Virus record (IMG/VR): IMGVR_UViG_2974729448_000001
Location: 67,318-101,662 of that record
DNA length: 34,345 nt
Direction: 5' to 3' (one strand)
Source: a virus
Taxonomy: Duplodnaviria; Heunggongvirae; Uroviricota; Caudoviricetes; Crassvirales
In this document: positions 10,301-20,900 of the stretch, in pieces
How the letters are laid out: each line of letters opens with the position of its first letter
How positions within the stretch are numbered: position 1 is the first letter of the stretch
The notes under the pieces: generated by a model
What the model was told of the DNA's origin: nothing
What the model saw: the letters and a program-made list of their open reading frames with translations, nothing else
Databases searched by the model: none
Program-made: the position numbers and the translations under genes

Positions 10301-13300
10301 AACCTCTGGTGTCTCTTCTCTTAACAAACTTGGGTCTTTCTTAATCATTCCAAACAATCCAGGTTCCTTAGTAGACTCAACAGGCTTTTGAGCAGCTTCT
10401 TCAAGGTCTTTCTCTGCAATCAGTTCAGGATTTTCTGTAATCTGTGCAAATAGCCCTATTTCCTTAGGAGGTTTTGAAGCTTCTGATACAGTTGGAGTAG
10501 GTACTATAGGCTTATTTACCTTCTCAACTTCAGTAATATTTTTAGAGTGCTCTTGAAGAACATCATTAAAGAGTTGAGTTACCTCACCTAAGTCTGATGG
10601 AGAAATCTGAAAGCCTTCTGGAAGTCTTCCATTGACTTCATTAATATAGTTAATAAGCTCAGGAGTTCCATTTTCATCAACACTGTTTAATACTTCTGCT
10701 GCAACTGCATCAGTAGGACTAACACCTTTATCAGTTAAGAACTGCATTGAAGTCTTAAGAAGGTTCTTGTCATTTTCATCAAGCTCAGAGAACTTTTCAT
10801 TAGACTCAAGTTGGTCAAACATTCCATCTAATGTCTTATTATCCTGTACAAATCTATCATAGTTAGGAGTACCTTTAAGTATATTGCTTATTACCTGTCT
10901 TTCCCTTATATCAGCCCCTCTGTATGCCTTATCAAGTTTTGAAACAAATGTAGGATAGTCTTCTATATCTCTGAGGTATTCATACTTTTTCTTAGTATTG
11001 TCATTAGCTACTCTTTCCTTTATTCTATTAGAGAAGGCATTAAAGCTTGTAGGGTCACTAAGAATAGAATTGTACTGAGTCAAATAAGACTGTTGAGCTA
11101 TATTTATTCTACCTGCATCCTCTACCTTATCTACAAAATCATTATATCTTAAAGTGCCTTCTTTTATAACATTATCTATAATAGCTTGTTGCTCTTCACT
11201 ATATTTTGACTTATTATCAGGATTAAGAATAGCAGCTCTATCAGCAGGATTGAGTGACATAATTTCAGACTCATTAAGTACTGGGTTACCTTCAAAACTT
11301 TCACCTACTTCAGCTATCTTCTTAGCTTGTCTCTCAAGAGTCTTAATAGAAGCTTTCTTAAGTTTTAAAGTATTCTCTTCTTTAGTACCTAAGTTCTTCC
11401 TTTTTTCTATATTAGCTATGTCTTCCTTAAGCTCACTAATTCTTTCATTAAGTTTAAGATACTCCTTGTTAGCTTTACTTACAGAACCATAGTTGACAAG
11501 CATTTCTTTCTGTTTATCTGAAAGAGTACTTTCAGCAGTAGGAGAAACTTGAACCTCACTCAACTCATCTTCTAATTGAGTAGCTCTTTCTCTCCAATCA
11601 TCCATAGTCAGCTTTCCATAAATTAAAGCTTGCTTAGTATCTTCATCAGCAGCATTACCTAACATCTTATCAATACTCTCAGATTCTTGCTGAATTCTAC
11701 TCATGGTATTAAGAAGCTTTGTTGAGTTCTTCTTAATCATTTGTAATACTTCAGAATCATCCTTATCAATATCCCTATTATTAGGTGCATTCTTAAACTG
11801 TTCCACTAAAGCCTGAGCCTCCTGAGAGCCTTCCTCAGCATTAGCTGCCTTAGTAAGGTCAGTCATGAAGGAGTTATAATACTCTGAGCCTCTAAGCTTC
11901 TCAAGCATCATAACATCATTTATAGTTTTTCCTAATTCATTATTCCTATAGTCAAACTCATCATTCCTTCCAGAAGCATCTTCCATGTTCTTAGCCCAAT
12001 TGAATGTACCTACAAGACCATCATATTTAGCTTTGTTGGTAGGAGTTTGCATCCAGTTATTAAGAACTTCTGAGATTTCAGACCTTTCAGAAATAGCCTC
12101 TCTTTGTTCTTGAACAGCTTCCCAAATAGGATTTCTATATGTAACAGGAGACCTTCTTAAAGCATATTGTAAGGCACTTTCATCTTGCATTCTTACAGCA
12201 GGACCTCTTCTATTATTTATAGTAGGAGTACCCATTCCAGAAGCTAAAGCACCATATATACCAGAAAGTATAGTTTCTTTTGAAGTCATAGCATCTCCTG
12301 CTGCCCTACTTGCAGCAAAGAAGTCATCAGCTAATGATTCATCAACTGCATTTTTACCATCTCCTTCATATTTATTCTTAATAAAGTTCTGTAGATTATA
12401 TTCAGCACCTCCTCTTGAAAAAGCATCAGTAACACTCTGCAAGTATTCTTCACTGAATTCACCAATAGGCTCCTGTGCTACATTCATTATACTCTTCAAC
12501 TTTCCATAAGAAGGAACTACTCTACCTGCTTTATTTATCTTGAATTCTTCAGGATTAAATAATCTTCCAAGCCTGCTTCTTCTTAATGCTTCTTGTACAG
12601 AAGGAGTTTGAAGACCTGCCTTAAGAGTCATATTTAATGCCCCATTAATCATAGAGTTAAGACCCATATTATATACACCAGCCTTAGCAGCATTAGTCTC
12701 TGCCTTCTTTATAGACTCCTCATATTGAGGAGCATAAGAATCATATATATCCTTATATAACCTTTCAAGGTCTTGCTGAGACTGTGGATTATATCCCTGT
12801 TTACTTAACTCTTCAGGATTCTGAAGTCTCTTGTTAAATTCATCATTTACAACCTTAGCTTGGTTTTGGGCAATAATTTCCTTTGCATCATCAAGGAATT
12901 GAATCTTAGTATTAAGCCCTTCTGATACACCTTCAATTGTTCCAACCAAAGAAGGAATGATAAAAGCATTAGTCTTTTGTTGTGCCTGTTGTAAGCCTCT
13001 CAGAACTGTATTAACCCTTTCAAGGTTATTCAGTGCATTAGTTCTGTTAGCTGCCAAAGTAAGTCCTTTTAATCCTTGAAAAGCCTTATTACTTATTGCA
13101 GATAATCCAGCACCACTAAGCATAGAAGCAATAGTAAAACCTTGTTGATTTATAAGTTCAGGTATAGTATTCACACTTAATATATTATCAAGAATACTTC
13201 CTTCTTCCTCTCCTGTAGTTCTGATTACAGGAATATTTGATAGACCAGTCTTTTTAGCTTCTTGAATATCAGCATCCTTAAGACTTCCATACTGCATTAC

Positions 13301-14044
13301 ATCATTACTATACCTTGTCCAGCTATTATCTATTACATGGTCCATGAAGTCTTGAAAGGCATTAAGTTCAGGATTCTCTTCATCTCCTATATAATCAATA
13401 GCTCCTTTCACCATACCAGCAGCACCAATTAAGGCTCCTGCTGTTTGTGCACCCATACCTTTAAAGCCATTCCAGTATTTCTCCCATACACTTTGATTCT
13501 TAGAAGCAGTATTTTGCATCTGTCTTCTAAGTATATTATTAGCCTCCTGTTCTCCATAAGCAGCTTTTGCAGCATTATATTGTGCTGCCATCTGTAATTT
13601 CTCCTCTTCTGAGAAAGGAAGATATTCAGTTCCCTTGTATTTTTTATAGTAAGGAGAAACCTCAGTTGCTATCTTATCAAAGGTATCAAGCTCTTTTCTG
13701 GCTGTTGCAGGGTAATTACTGTACTTGGAGTACATCTGGTCAGCCTCTTGTTGAAACTGTTGGTCTTTACTAAAAGCCTGACTGATATTATCAGTCAGCT
13801 TTTGTTGTTGGTCTCTTGTATCAAGAGGTTGTATCTTAAGGTCTTCATTATATAAACTATCTCTTTGCTCAGGAGAATATTTCTTCAAAGTTTCATAATC
13901 ATTTCTACTTCCAAATTTCTCCTTAAACTTGAAATTCTTATATACTCTATCTATCTGTTCAGGAGTATAGCCCTGTATTTGAGAGCTATACTCCTTTTCC
14001 CAATTAGCTCTATCCTGAGCTGTCAACCCTTTTAATCCTTCCAT
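7325..14044 (-). CDS. Giant cargo/ejection protein (2239 aa) with a C-terminal PD-(D/E)XK RecB-family nuclease domain
   Basis: Last gene of the tail/cargo block. Gly/Ala-rich hydrophobic helices in the N-terminal third, then coiled coils. C-terminal GTLDLLAYD...IFDMKT...KYAKQVSMY matches PD-(D/E)XK motifs II/III and the RecB QxxxY motif. Confidence 0.75.
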   Translation of the reverse strand: MEGLKGLTAQDRANWEKEYSSQIQGYTPEQIDRVYKNFKFKEKFGSRNDYETLKKYSPEQRDSLYNEDLKIQPLDTRDQQQKLTDNISQAFSKDQQFQQEADQMYSKYSNYPATARKELDTFDKIATEVSPYYKKYKGTEYLPFSEEEKLQMAAQYNAAKAAYGEQEANNILRRQMQNTASKNQSVWEKYWNGFKGMGAQTAGALIGAAGMVKGAIDYIGDEENPELNAFQDFMDHVIDNSWTRYSNDVMQYGSLKDADIQEAKKTGLSNIPVIRTTGEEEGSILDNILSVNTIPELINQQGFTIASMLSGAGLSAISNKAFQGLKGLTLAANRTNALNNLERVNTVLRGLQQAQQKTNAFIIPSLVGTIEGVSEGLNTKIQFLDDAKEIIAQNQAKVVNDEFNKRLQNPEELSKQGYNPQSQQDLERLYKDIYDSYAPQYEESIKKAETNAAKAGVYNMGLNSMINGALNMTLKAGLQTPSVQEALRRSRLGRLFNPEEFKINKAGRVVPSYGKLKSIMNVAQEPIGEFSEEYLQSVTDAFSRGGAEYNLQNFIKNKYEGDGKNAVDESLADDFFAASRAAGDAMTSKETILSGIYGALASGMGTPTINNRRGPAVRMQDESALQYALRRSPVTYRNPIWEAVQEQREAISERSEISEVLNNWMQTPTNKAKYDGLVGTFNWAKNMEDASGRNDEFDYRNNELGKTINDVMMLEKLRGSEYYNSFMTDLTKAANAEEGSQEAQALVEQFKNAPNNRDIDKDDSEVLQMIKKNSTKLLNTMSRIQQESESIDKMLGNAADEDTKQALIYGKLTMDDWRERATQLEDELSEVQVSPTAESTLSDKQKEMLVNYGSVSKANKEYLKLNERISELKEDIANIEKRKNLGTKEENTLKLKKASIKTLERQAKKIAEVGESFEGNPVLNESEIMSLNPADRAAILNPDNKSKYSEEQQAIIDNVIKEGTLRYNDFVDKVEDAGRINIAQQSYLTQYNSILSDPTSFNAFSNRIKERVANDNTKKKYEYLRDIEDYPTFVSKLDKAYRGADIRERQVISNILKGTPNYDRFVQDNKTLDGMFDQLESNEKFSELDENDKNLLKTSMQFLTDKGVSPTDAVAAEVLNSVDENGTPELINYINEVNGRLPEGFQISPSDLGEVTQLFNDVLQEHSKNITEVEKVNKPIVPTPTVSEASKPPKEIGLFAQITENPELIAEKDLEEAAQKPVESTKEPGLFGMIKKDPSLLREETPEVIDKYKTNSNDEVAQAASNALETINKSSSVYDEVKPQVKQILDELGDSEYENPSTLSEALINKALQLQIQSDKGGDTFDKTASLLKQVAVKMKTEVKEEPKQNVKKEVASTPDMTVELRRNNGLIITAQVENHPNSTVGQAYRSFGIGEYLRKGSITPKTPIMFISDPAIVNSTKQELADVYNEEDHLPIMAVVEDTNGPITLGNKKYQPIGFMPRTSANTQGAARMNPIRQLAITQQDGQLIKDKDGKVVTTNGYVRANPPAHTKAGTPNTLIHQIMRNDMDASERAKMDDLNTPMAERQAIYKKAKDSILSKIQRISKDAKKERIHLAYVTSNMKGGEQEFELYVATPQNSVSRSGKPIAEVLNSGSPEEVILANSRISRYTKTLEDTFKKAPFDQEMRFKREDGVLIPTAETATKLSSIAESLGKKLNNFIALPKGYEYTLTPTDNIVEGNRMYQLSVSNGTNTIPLAEVTNGIMTDTTKAQTIRNLILSNGSFRYEGSQPFAKWQVNYNDFNTKEGESDEARKMRLSNINDIFNDNILESSRESLKYTIRGVEINSPFSQEGVRVSPTPVVSNPNNATQGKPLNTPVITATDQVKVGDAIVDSESGSILQGEVKPIINPAVEKAKEIADRIVEDSKNIKLADDGSGYINEEGIRYARVTSIIQADENAGERFDPNSPWIVPSTNIGTGVDEFVRDFFAGEFFNENGELLNDYEFDYPNASQGQWKTFAKQLVGLKKALDSKGLTIIPRDVTVTGTIEVKDDKGQVHNIPVAGTLDLLAYDAQGNFHIFDMKTNRSGIGEEKKEKYAKQVSMYKKFLEDKYGVKVASLNIIPINVTYPTPFGFGNGKVKYEVSSGNQLLANDEEYKDAKPVLEETGSVPFTDVNIQYDKLTDSEKQIITDMLPAEVVVEKVEVPEPKSTINKNLGLKMGKVKNRFAKPAKKVQLITPSSNNWESISDEIRQAAVIMGYTKESWNEMSEEEKKHQKECLE

Positions 14045-14045
14045 A

Positions 14046-15455
14046 TTAATCCAATCCTATGTTTACATCAAAGCTATTATTAGTGGGAGTTACAGGAGCT
14101 AAAGGTTGTGTAGGAACATCCTGTTTAGGTATCAATACATAATCATAGTCTCCAATAGCTCTACTTCCCTCTGCCTTAACTCTAACTACATTATAAAAAC
14201 TAAGGTCAATATTCTGGTCTTTAGCTGTCTTAAGCATTTCATCCAAAGCTCCCTTAGGTATCTCATTGTAGTTAGTAACTATATCACTCTTATTTACATT
14301 ATCCATTGTATAATTACCCCATCCAGAAACAGCATTACTTCTTGTCATTCCAAACAAAGTACCTTTCACATCTTTACCTTCAGTTCCAGTTCTCCATTTT
14401 CCATTGGTATTTGCAATAATGATTGGGGTATCCCCCCTCTTAGCTGCTTCTTTAATACCAGCACCAGCTATTCCACTATTTCCAGTATAATTCTCAACTC
14501 TTCCATCTGGATAAATTCTCAATGCCTTTCCTCCACCAATAACTCTGATAGTAGAACCATCTTGAAGAGGAATAGTTGATTTATCTTTATTTGCTTGTTC
14601 CTTAGCAAATTCAAATCTTTCTTTTTCCATTGCAAGTCTTGCAGCTTCTGCTGGACTCATAAAGCTTCTATTAGCTTGAGTATCATATCTTTGAGTTCCA
14701 ATTGCTTCATATAATCCTGCATTTATATAGTCTCTTGCTCTTGATTGAGTTCTTTCATCCCATGTATCAAGACCTGCCTCTTTATATACAGTATCAGCAA
14801 TTTGTCTAAGTTCAGCAGGAGCATTGGGATCATTCATAACTGTCTGCATTATCTGCTGTGGGGTATATCCCATTTGTTGCATTTGCTGATAGTACTGACT
14901 ACCAAGTATTGACCTGTATTGTGGATTTGATTGAATAGTTTTAGCTAAATTCTGAGCCATCTGAGCTGACCTTTTAGTTAATTCTGTACCACTTATTGTG
15001 TTATAAGTAGCATTAGGATTATTAATAAGGTCATCTAAAGATACCATTCCATAATTAACATCAAACATTAAAGATGGGTCTTTCTGAATAGCATCTCTTT
15101 GAGCTTTAGTCAATTCTTCTCTTTTTGATAAAGCAGCTTCAATGGGAACTATTTCTGAACTATACCTCTTTTTCATTTCCAGTAGTCCCTGTCTACTTCC
15201 AGGAGTCAATCCTTGTTTAGCTAATGACTCAGCTTGTTTAGCTAAGTCATCAGAATATTGTTTATACATTGCATAAGTCTTAGGGTCTGTCTGTTCATTA
15301 GCAAGTTTTTCAAATACCCCTGCCTTAGTACTTAACTCTCCCATTCCTTCCTGTATAGTATTATACTCATTAGTATAAGCCTGTAGTGGCTGTAACATTT
15401 CCTGATAAGAGAATGGTCTGAACTTAGCACCACTAACAAAGTTAAAATTAGCCAT
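14046..15455 (-). CDS. Putative cargo/ejection protein (469 aa)
   Basis: Lies between cargo 1 and the giant cargo protein and overlaps the upstream stop. Helical, Q/M-rich, no Cys. Function inferred from synteny. Confidence 0.6.
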   Translation of the reverse strand: MANFNFVSGAKFRPFSYQEMLQPLQAYTNEYNTIQEGMGELSTKAGVFEKLANEQTDPKTYAMYKQYSDDLAKQAESLAKQGLTPGSRQGLLEMKKRYSSEIVPIEAALSKREELTKAQRDAIQKDPSLMFDVNYGMVSLDDLINNPNATYNTISGTELTKRSAQMAQNLAKTIQSNPQYRSILGSQYYQQMQQMGYTPQQIMQTVMNDPNAPAELRQIADTVYKEAGLDTWDERTQSRARDYINAGLYEAIGTQRYDTQANRSFMSPAEAARLAMEKERFEFAKEQANKDKSTIPLQDGSTIRVIGGGKALRIYPDGRVENYTGNSGIAGAGIKEAAKRGDTPIIIANTNGKWRTGTEGKDVKGTLFGMTRSNAVSGWGNYTMDNVNKSDIVTNYNEIPKGALDEMLKTAKDQNIDLSFYNVVRVKAEGSRAIGDYDYVLIPKQDVPTQPLAPVTPTNNSFDVNIGLD

Positions 15456-17814
15456 AAGTAAATCCTTTCTTCTTTTTTAATTTGCCACCTTTAGATTTCT
15501 TCTTTCCTGAGTAATTACCTCTTGTATCCATTTGTAATACTCCTGCATCTGCCAGTCTATCAAGCCAAGTTGCCTGTTCTTGTTCCCAGCCTATATCTCC
15601 TAATCCTTGTAAGAAGTTAGTCATATTAGTACTCTTCCTTGCATCATACTGGTCTTTTATACCTTGCCTCATCTGAGCAGCAGACATAGCAGCTCTCATT
15701 CTTAACTCATCATTCTGATTATTAGCTATTGCAGCTCTCATGGCACCTTCACTATTATATTGATTAGTTCCTCTATTGAAACCTTCAACCTGTTGTCTCT
15801 GAGCTAAGTTATATTCTTCTGCTTTCCTTGCCAAGTCTCCTAAGTTCTGACCATAATTATAATCAGCAGCTAATAAACCAGCCTGCATATTTGCTCTATT
15901 TCCACCAGAGGTATTTTGTAATCCTCTTCTTGTTGCATTTGAGGAAGCATCAAGTCTGTTTATATAATAGTTTCTATCAAAAGGCTGATAACTTAAGTAA
16001 TTACCAATAGGAGTAAAGTCTACATTTCCAAGGTTCTTGGCAGAGTTTAACATCAGGTCTGCATTTCTATAATCAGGTTTACTGAACATATCAGTTATAG
16101 CACCTATTCCTGCTCCTACTACTGGAGCATATCTTAACCAAGAAGGTCTTCTTCCTCTTTTATCTCCATCTTCATCTCCTGAAGAGGTTAATGATTGAGT
16201 GGGGATAGACTTAGGAACTGTAGGAGTAGGAATGTTAAATGAAGGAGCTACAGGAGAAGAAAGAGGTGTATTCTCTCTCTTATAAGTTCTTGAAGCTGCT
16301 TGCATTGCATTATGAACAGGACCTTTCTTTCTATCTGTAGCAAGTCTCTTTATATCTGATATATCAGTAAAAGTATTTCCTCCAATAGGTCCAAACTCTT
16401 GACTATTAATTCTCTTTAACCAGTTAAGAGAACTTGGTTCTCCTTCTTGAAGAGAGTTAACAAAATTCATATAATCTCCTGTATACCAATCATCTTGTAT
16501 TGGTGTAAAGTTCTTATATGTCTTGTAAGGACCACCATATTCAAATTTATTGGAATCCCCTTGACCTCTTCTATTCTTTATTCCTTCTTGAGCCTCAGCA
16601 AGTCTTGACATATTTGCTTCTAAACCTCTTTTACTTATTGGGTCATTAGGTCTTTCCTGACTTTCAAGTTGTGCATATTTAGCAGCATCAGCAAAGGTAT
16701 CACCCTTCAGTTTGTATTTCTTCTTAATAGATTCAGGTAATTTTATTCTATTACTGAATACATAATCATTATATATAACCTCTCCTTGTTCAACTAAGTT
16801 AGGTACACCTTGTTGGTCAACACCCATTTGAACTCCTTCATTAGGATTCTGTTCATGAGTTCCACCTTCATCAATAATAGTAACACCATTATTAAAGTCT
16901 CCTCCATGTGTATTTAACCATCCACCAAAATCATGCTTCCATCCTTTTGCATTTTGTGCAAAAGTGGCTCTTTTTCTTGTAGTTGGATTACTGCTTCTTT
17001 TACCTCTTGCAATACATTCAGAAGTAACTTTACCTCCACAGTATTCAGTAAATTTACCTCTATTCTTTTTCTTTATATGAATGCCTCCACCTTCAGCAAA
17101 AGTATTTAGTTCATCCATAGCTTGGAATGAATTAGGAAGAGAAGTTAATCTCAGTTCTCCCATAGCTTTTAATTCTGAGTTATTTAACTCTCTATTAGCT
17201 AATTCATAATTTAATGCCTGACCTCCAATAGTTCCAATTGGACCACCATAAGCCGCATAGTTAGCCAAGAGAGTTTGGTCACCTATGGTATCAATATTTC
17301 CAGCAGTATTACCTAAGGAACTAAGTGCTCTTTGGTTGGCTTCCTCTATTTGCCTGTTTAATGCTCTTGTCTTCTTCTTGGCTTTATTACTGAACCATCC
17401 ATCAGAACCTACTTGGGATTTACTCACATTAGCCATATTTCTATAATCTCCCCAGTCACTAAGTAACTGCTCATTTGTAGTAGCTCCTGAGACATAATTT
17501 GATTGTTGAGTAGCTCTATTTTCTGTCTGATTAACAAATTCCTTATTTATCTTACTTCCAAAAGCTGCATTGAACAGTCCTCCAACAAGATTAACTCCTG
17601 CCCCAATAAGACCTCCAACTCCTGGAATTGCAGATGCAGCAGAGCCTAAGCCCTGCATTACATTACCAACTCCTGTAGTATTACCTTCAGGATTGGCAAA
17701 TCCACTGATTAGGTTAGCACCTGTATTAGCTAACCCACCAGATAGCCAAGAAGGAAGTCCACCTCCTTCAGCAAACTTCCTATTTCTTCTTGTTATAACT
17801 TTATTCTTAACCAT
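15448..17814 (-). CDS. Cargo protein 1-like virion protein (788 aa)
   Basis: Immediately follows the muzzle gene and has its own promoter. Gly-rich membrane-like helices (GLGSAASAIPGVGGLIGAGV; YAPVVGAGIGAI), a GGTHEQNPNEGVQMG segment typical of crAss cargo proteins, and repeated xxGG motifs. Confidence 0.7.
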   Translation of the reverse strand: MVKNKVITRRNRKFAEGGGLPSWLSGGLANTGANLISGFANPEGNTTGVGNVMQGLGSAASAIPGVGGLIGAGVNLVGGLFNAAFGSKINKEFVNQTENRATQQSNYVSGATTNEQLLSDWGDYRNMANVSKSQVGSDGWFSNKAKKKTRALNRQIEEANQRALSSLGNTAGNIDTIGDQTLLANYAAYGGPIGTIGGQALNYELANRELNNSELKAMGELRLTSLPNSFQAMDELNTFAEGGGIHIKKKNRGKFTEYCGGKVTSECIARGKRSSNPTTRKRATFAQNAKGWKHDFGGWLNTHGGDFNNGVTIIDEGGTHEQNPNEGVQMGVDQQGVPNLVEQGEVIYNDYVFSNRIKLPESIKKKYKLKGDTFADAAKYAQLESQERPNDPISKRGLEANMSRLAEAQEGIKNRRGQGDSNKFEYGGPYKTYKNFTPIQDDWYTGDYMNFVNSLQEGEPSSLNWLKRINSQEFGPIGGNTFTDISDIKRLATDRKKGPVHNAMQAASRTYKRENTPLSSPVAPSFNIPTPTVPKSIPTQSLTSSGDEDGDKRGRRPSWLRYAPVVGAGIGAITDMFSKPDYRNADLMLNSAKNLGNVDFTPIGNYLSYQPFDRNYYINRLDASSNATRRGLQNTSGGNRANMQAGLLAADYNYGQNLGDLARKAEEYNLAQRQQVEGFNRGTNQYNSEGAMRAAIANNQNDELRMRAAMSAAQMRQGIKDQYDARKSTNMTNFLQGLGDIGWEQEQATWLDRLADAGVLQMDTRGNYSGKKKSKGGKLKKKKGFTYG

Positions 17815-17832
17815 CTTATTAATCTATTTTGA

Positions 17833-17865
17833 TACAAAGGTAAGTATAATATTTGACTTATCAAA
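17833..17865 (-). promoter_or_regulatory. Bacteroidota primary-sigma-type promoter for the cargo genes
   Basis: Minus strand reads TTTG-N19-TACCTTTG, matching the established Bacteroides -33 TTTG / -7 TAnnTTTG consensus; 18 nt upstream of the ATG at 17814. Confidence 0.75.
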
Positions 17866-17907
17866 TGTAATATTTAAAATAGTACCATACTATAAATAAA
17901 ATAATTA

Positions 17908-20900
17908 TCACACATTATAATGAACCATTATATCATGTAATTCTGCTCTATAGTTGTTCTTACATATATTTGATAATTTTATATAAGCCCATGTATTTCT
18001 GATTCTATCCCTTCCATTAGCACTATCTCTTGGAACCAAAGCTCTCCATACATTAAACTTCTTCTTTAAGTTTGAAGAAGTAGCCTCATTCATACTTAAC
18101 ATAGATAGACCAGACTGATATTCATTCCATACCTCAAGTTTGTCAAATGAAGTCAGTGGCATAAATACTCCTGACTGGTCATAGAAATCAGCTCTATACT
18201 CAACTACATTAAATATCTTATCATAAGGTTCATCAGGATTACATACTACAGTAACATAATATGGTTTAGGCTCTCCATAAAAACTGTTATAGTCTCCAAG
18301 TTCATGTTGCCATATTGTATTATTCTTATAACTATAGAAATTACCATTCATATTAAACATGAAAGGAACATTTTCATAGTTAAAAAATGAAGTAAACTCC
18401 TGAAGAAGTTCTGAATAGCATAGACAGATATCCTTCTTTATAAAGTAAACATCATCATTTGTAGCATCATATTGTATTATGTAATTTGAAAAGTCTCTGC
18501 TATTCCACTCAGTAAGTGAATTAGTCTCACCAATAAAAGTTCTAAAGCCCTTCTCAGATGATATACTACTTAATTGTTGACCATTAAACAACATTATATC
18601 ATTAGTTATATTATCTATGAAGTACATTCCTGATGGAGTTATAGTCTTAGCCCATTTATTTTGTAGTCCATGTGCTATTGTAACATACCTTTTTCCATCT
18701 ACTTTATAACTATTACTTATCTCAATAGGCACTCCTTCAGATGTAGGAATCTGAACTCTTGAATTAAATAATATATTAGCTATACCTTTATCTTGAAAAG
18801 AGAATATCTCATTACCTAACTTTTCAAGTAGTCTTAATTCTCCTTTATCTCCATCTAAATCAAGTGTAGATGCAACAGTTATATTAGTCCATGTATCAGT
18901 TACCTCACCAAGTAACTTAGTCTTAGTCCATGTTACACTATTTGGGAAATAATCTATATTATACCTATTGTAATTTATGCTTCTATAGTTAAAGAAATTA
19001 TTCTTCTGTGAATAAACAGGATTAAGAAGATTAAAGTTCTGAGGAGTCATTACAAGGTTATTAGCTTGACCTCTATTCCTATCATACCTTCCATCTATAT
19101 TAATTCTTGTTTCACACATAAATGACATAATCTCAACTACACTATTCTGGTCTTCCAAAGTAAATGGGTAAGTCTTCAAACAATCATATCTCTGAAAATA
19201 AGTATCACCTTCATTATATATGATTCTTGCAGATGTAACAACAGCACCACTATCATTTGTAAGATTAACTACTGGACCAGCAGCAACCCATCTATTAGCC
19301 TCAAGTGCCTCTTCAGAAGTACCACCAAACCTGTTTATTACATTATCATTATATAATTCACCTATCCATAGTCCTGCTGAAGTTGCCCCTGAAATAATAT
19401 CCTGATAAATTGGAAGAGTCTCTGTAGTTGGGAATGAGTCTAACCACACAGGAGGAATATTCACATCTACTCCATTAATGGCAGTTGATATAGGATTATT
19501 CCCATTATCTGGAAGAATAACCTGCTGACTTTTTGAAGTATAATTGAATGCAAATACAGCATGTGGAGTTGACTTGTATTTCACACTAATAGGCTCAGTA
19601 AAATACTTCATATTGCTATTAGTTATCTCTTTTATGTTATATGTAGAAACAACTGTGCTATTAAATATAGTGTTGTAGTCTCCATTTTCATAACCTGAAC
19701 CATTATTCCATCCTGCAAGCCAGATTGTATATCCCTTATTATCAATATAATCCCCATAGAATCCAGGAGCAAGAATCCTATCAACATTACCATAGTAATT
19801 TAAGTTTCCAAGACCTGAATTAGTAGGAGGATTAATCTTAATCAGACTTACTTCATTAGAGTTGAATATATTCACATTAGTAATACCATTATGATTTGCA
19901 TCATCTCTTTCAGCATACCATACCTTATCTATATCAAAATAAGTTGTTGAAAGAGAGTATCTAAGATTGGATAATTTCTTCTGTTTAAGTTTTGCAGGAA
20001 TCTTTTCATTCTCTGCAACATTTCCTACATTGACAAGTGACCCATTTCTATGCCAAGGATATACCATCCAACCTACTGGAAAGGAAAATAAATTATTTGC
20101 ATCTTTCTTTCCTTTAGCCATCCATAGAGGAGCTGCACTTAGAATCTTCCATCCATCTTCATTCCCAAGTGAAGAGCTCGTAACTTGTATAAAAGGTTTA
20201 TACATTCCCAAGTCAGATGGGTCTGGATTAGGAGTCTCTGCAAGCACACTTACATCTGACTGTAAAGCATCTAAACTTATAACTCCTACAATTCTAAATT
20301 TAACTGACTGACCATCAATAGACTGTAATTCATCATTAAATTCTATATCAGGTGAATGGAAGGTTACTATATTTTGGTCTATAACAAATTGGTCATCATA
20401 AGGACTTACATAATTAAGCCTTTCCTGAGTTGATGAGAACTTCTTATATGAACTGAATAATCTATTAATATAATCATTACTTTGTACCTCACCACCCTTT
20501 CTGTTTGCACTAGCTAATGTATAGTTATGTATATTAGCTACTGGACATGGTACTTTATCCCAATCTTGAGAGTTCATACTGTTAGGTGCAAAAGGTCTAA
20601 AGAACCATGAAGATTGTGCATATGGAGAATTGTTTATTCTATCCTTTATATTTGCTACTGTAGGACATACAACACCCTGACATAATATAGTCCTGTCACT
20701 TGGCGAAGGATATACTACAATACCTCTTGCTCTTACATAGCCTAAATTAACAAGCTGCTGGATTATTGTAGCATTATTTAAGTCATAATAACCTGTTACA
20801 AGCTTATATCTTTCCTTTCCTCCAGAAGTTGCAACATTTATAACTGAAGGATGTTGATTTACAACTGAATCATTAATGAATATAGCCTCAGACCACTTTC

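Noticed and set aside
7330-14900. Recurring GYTPEQ / KYSPEQ / GYTKES / GYTPQQ peptides in cargo proteins
   Set aside because: They match a common helix N-cap pattern (S/T-x-x-E/Q) and cannot be distinguished from chance in helical proteins without a statistical test.
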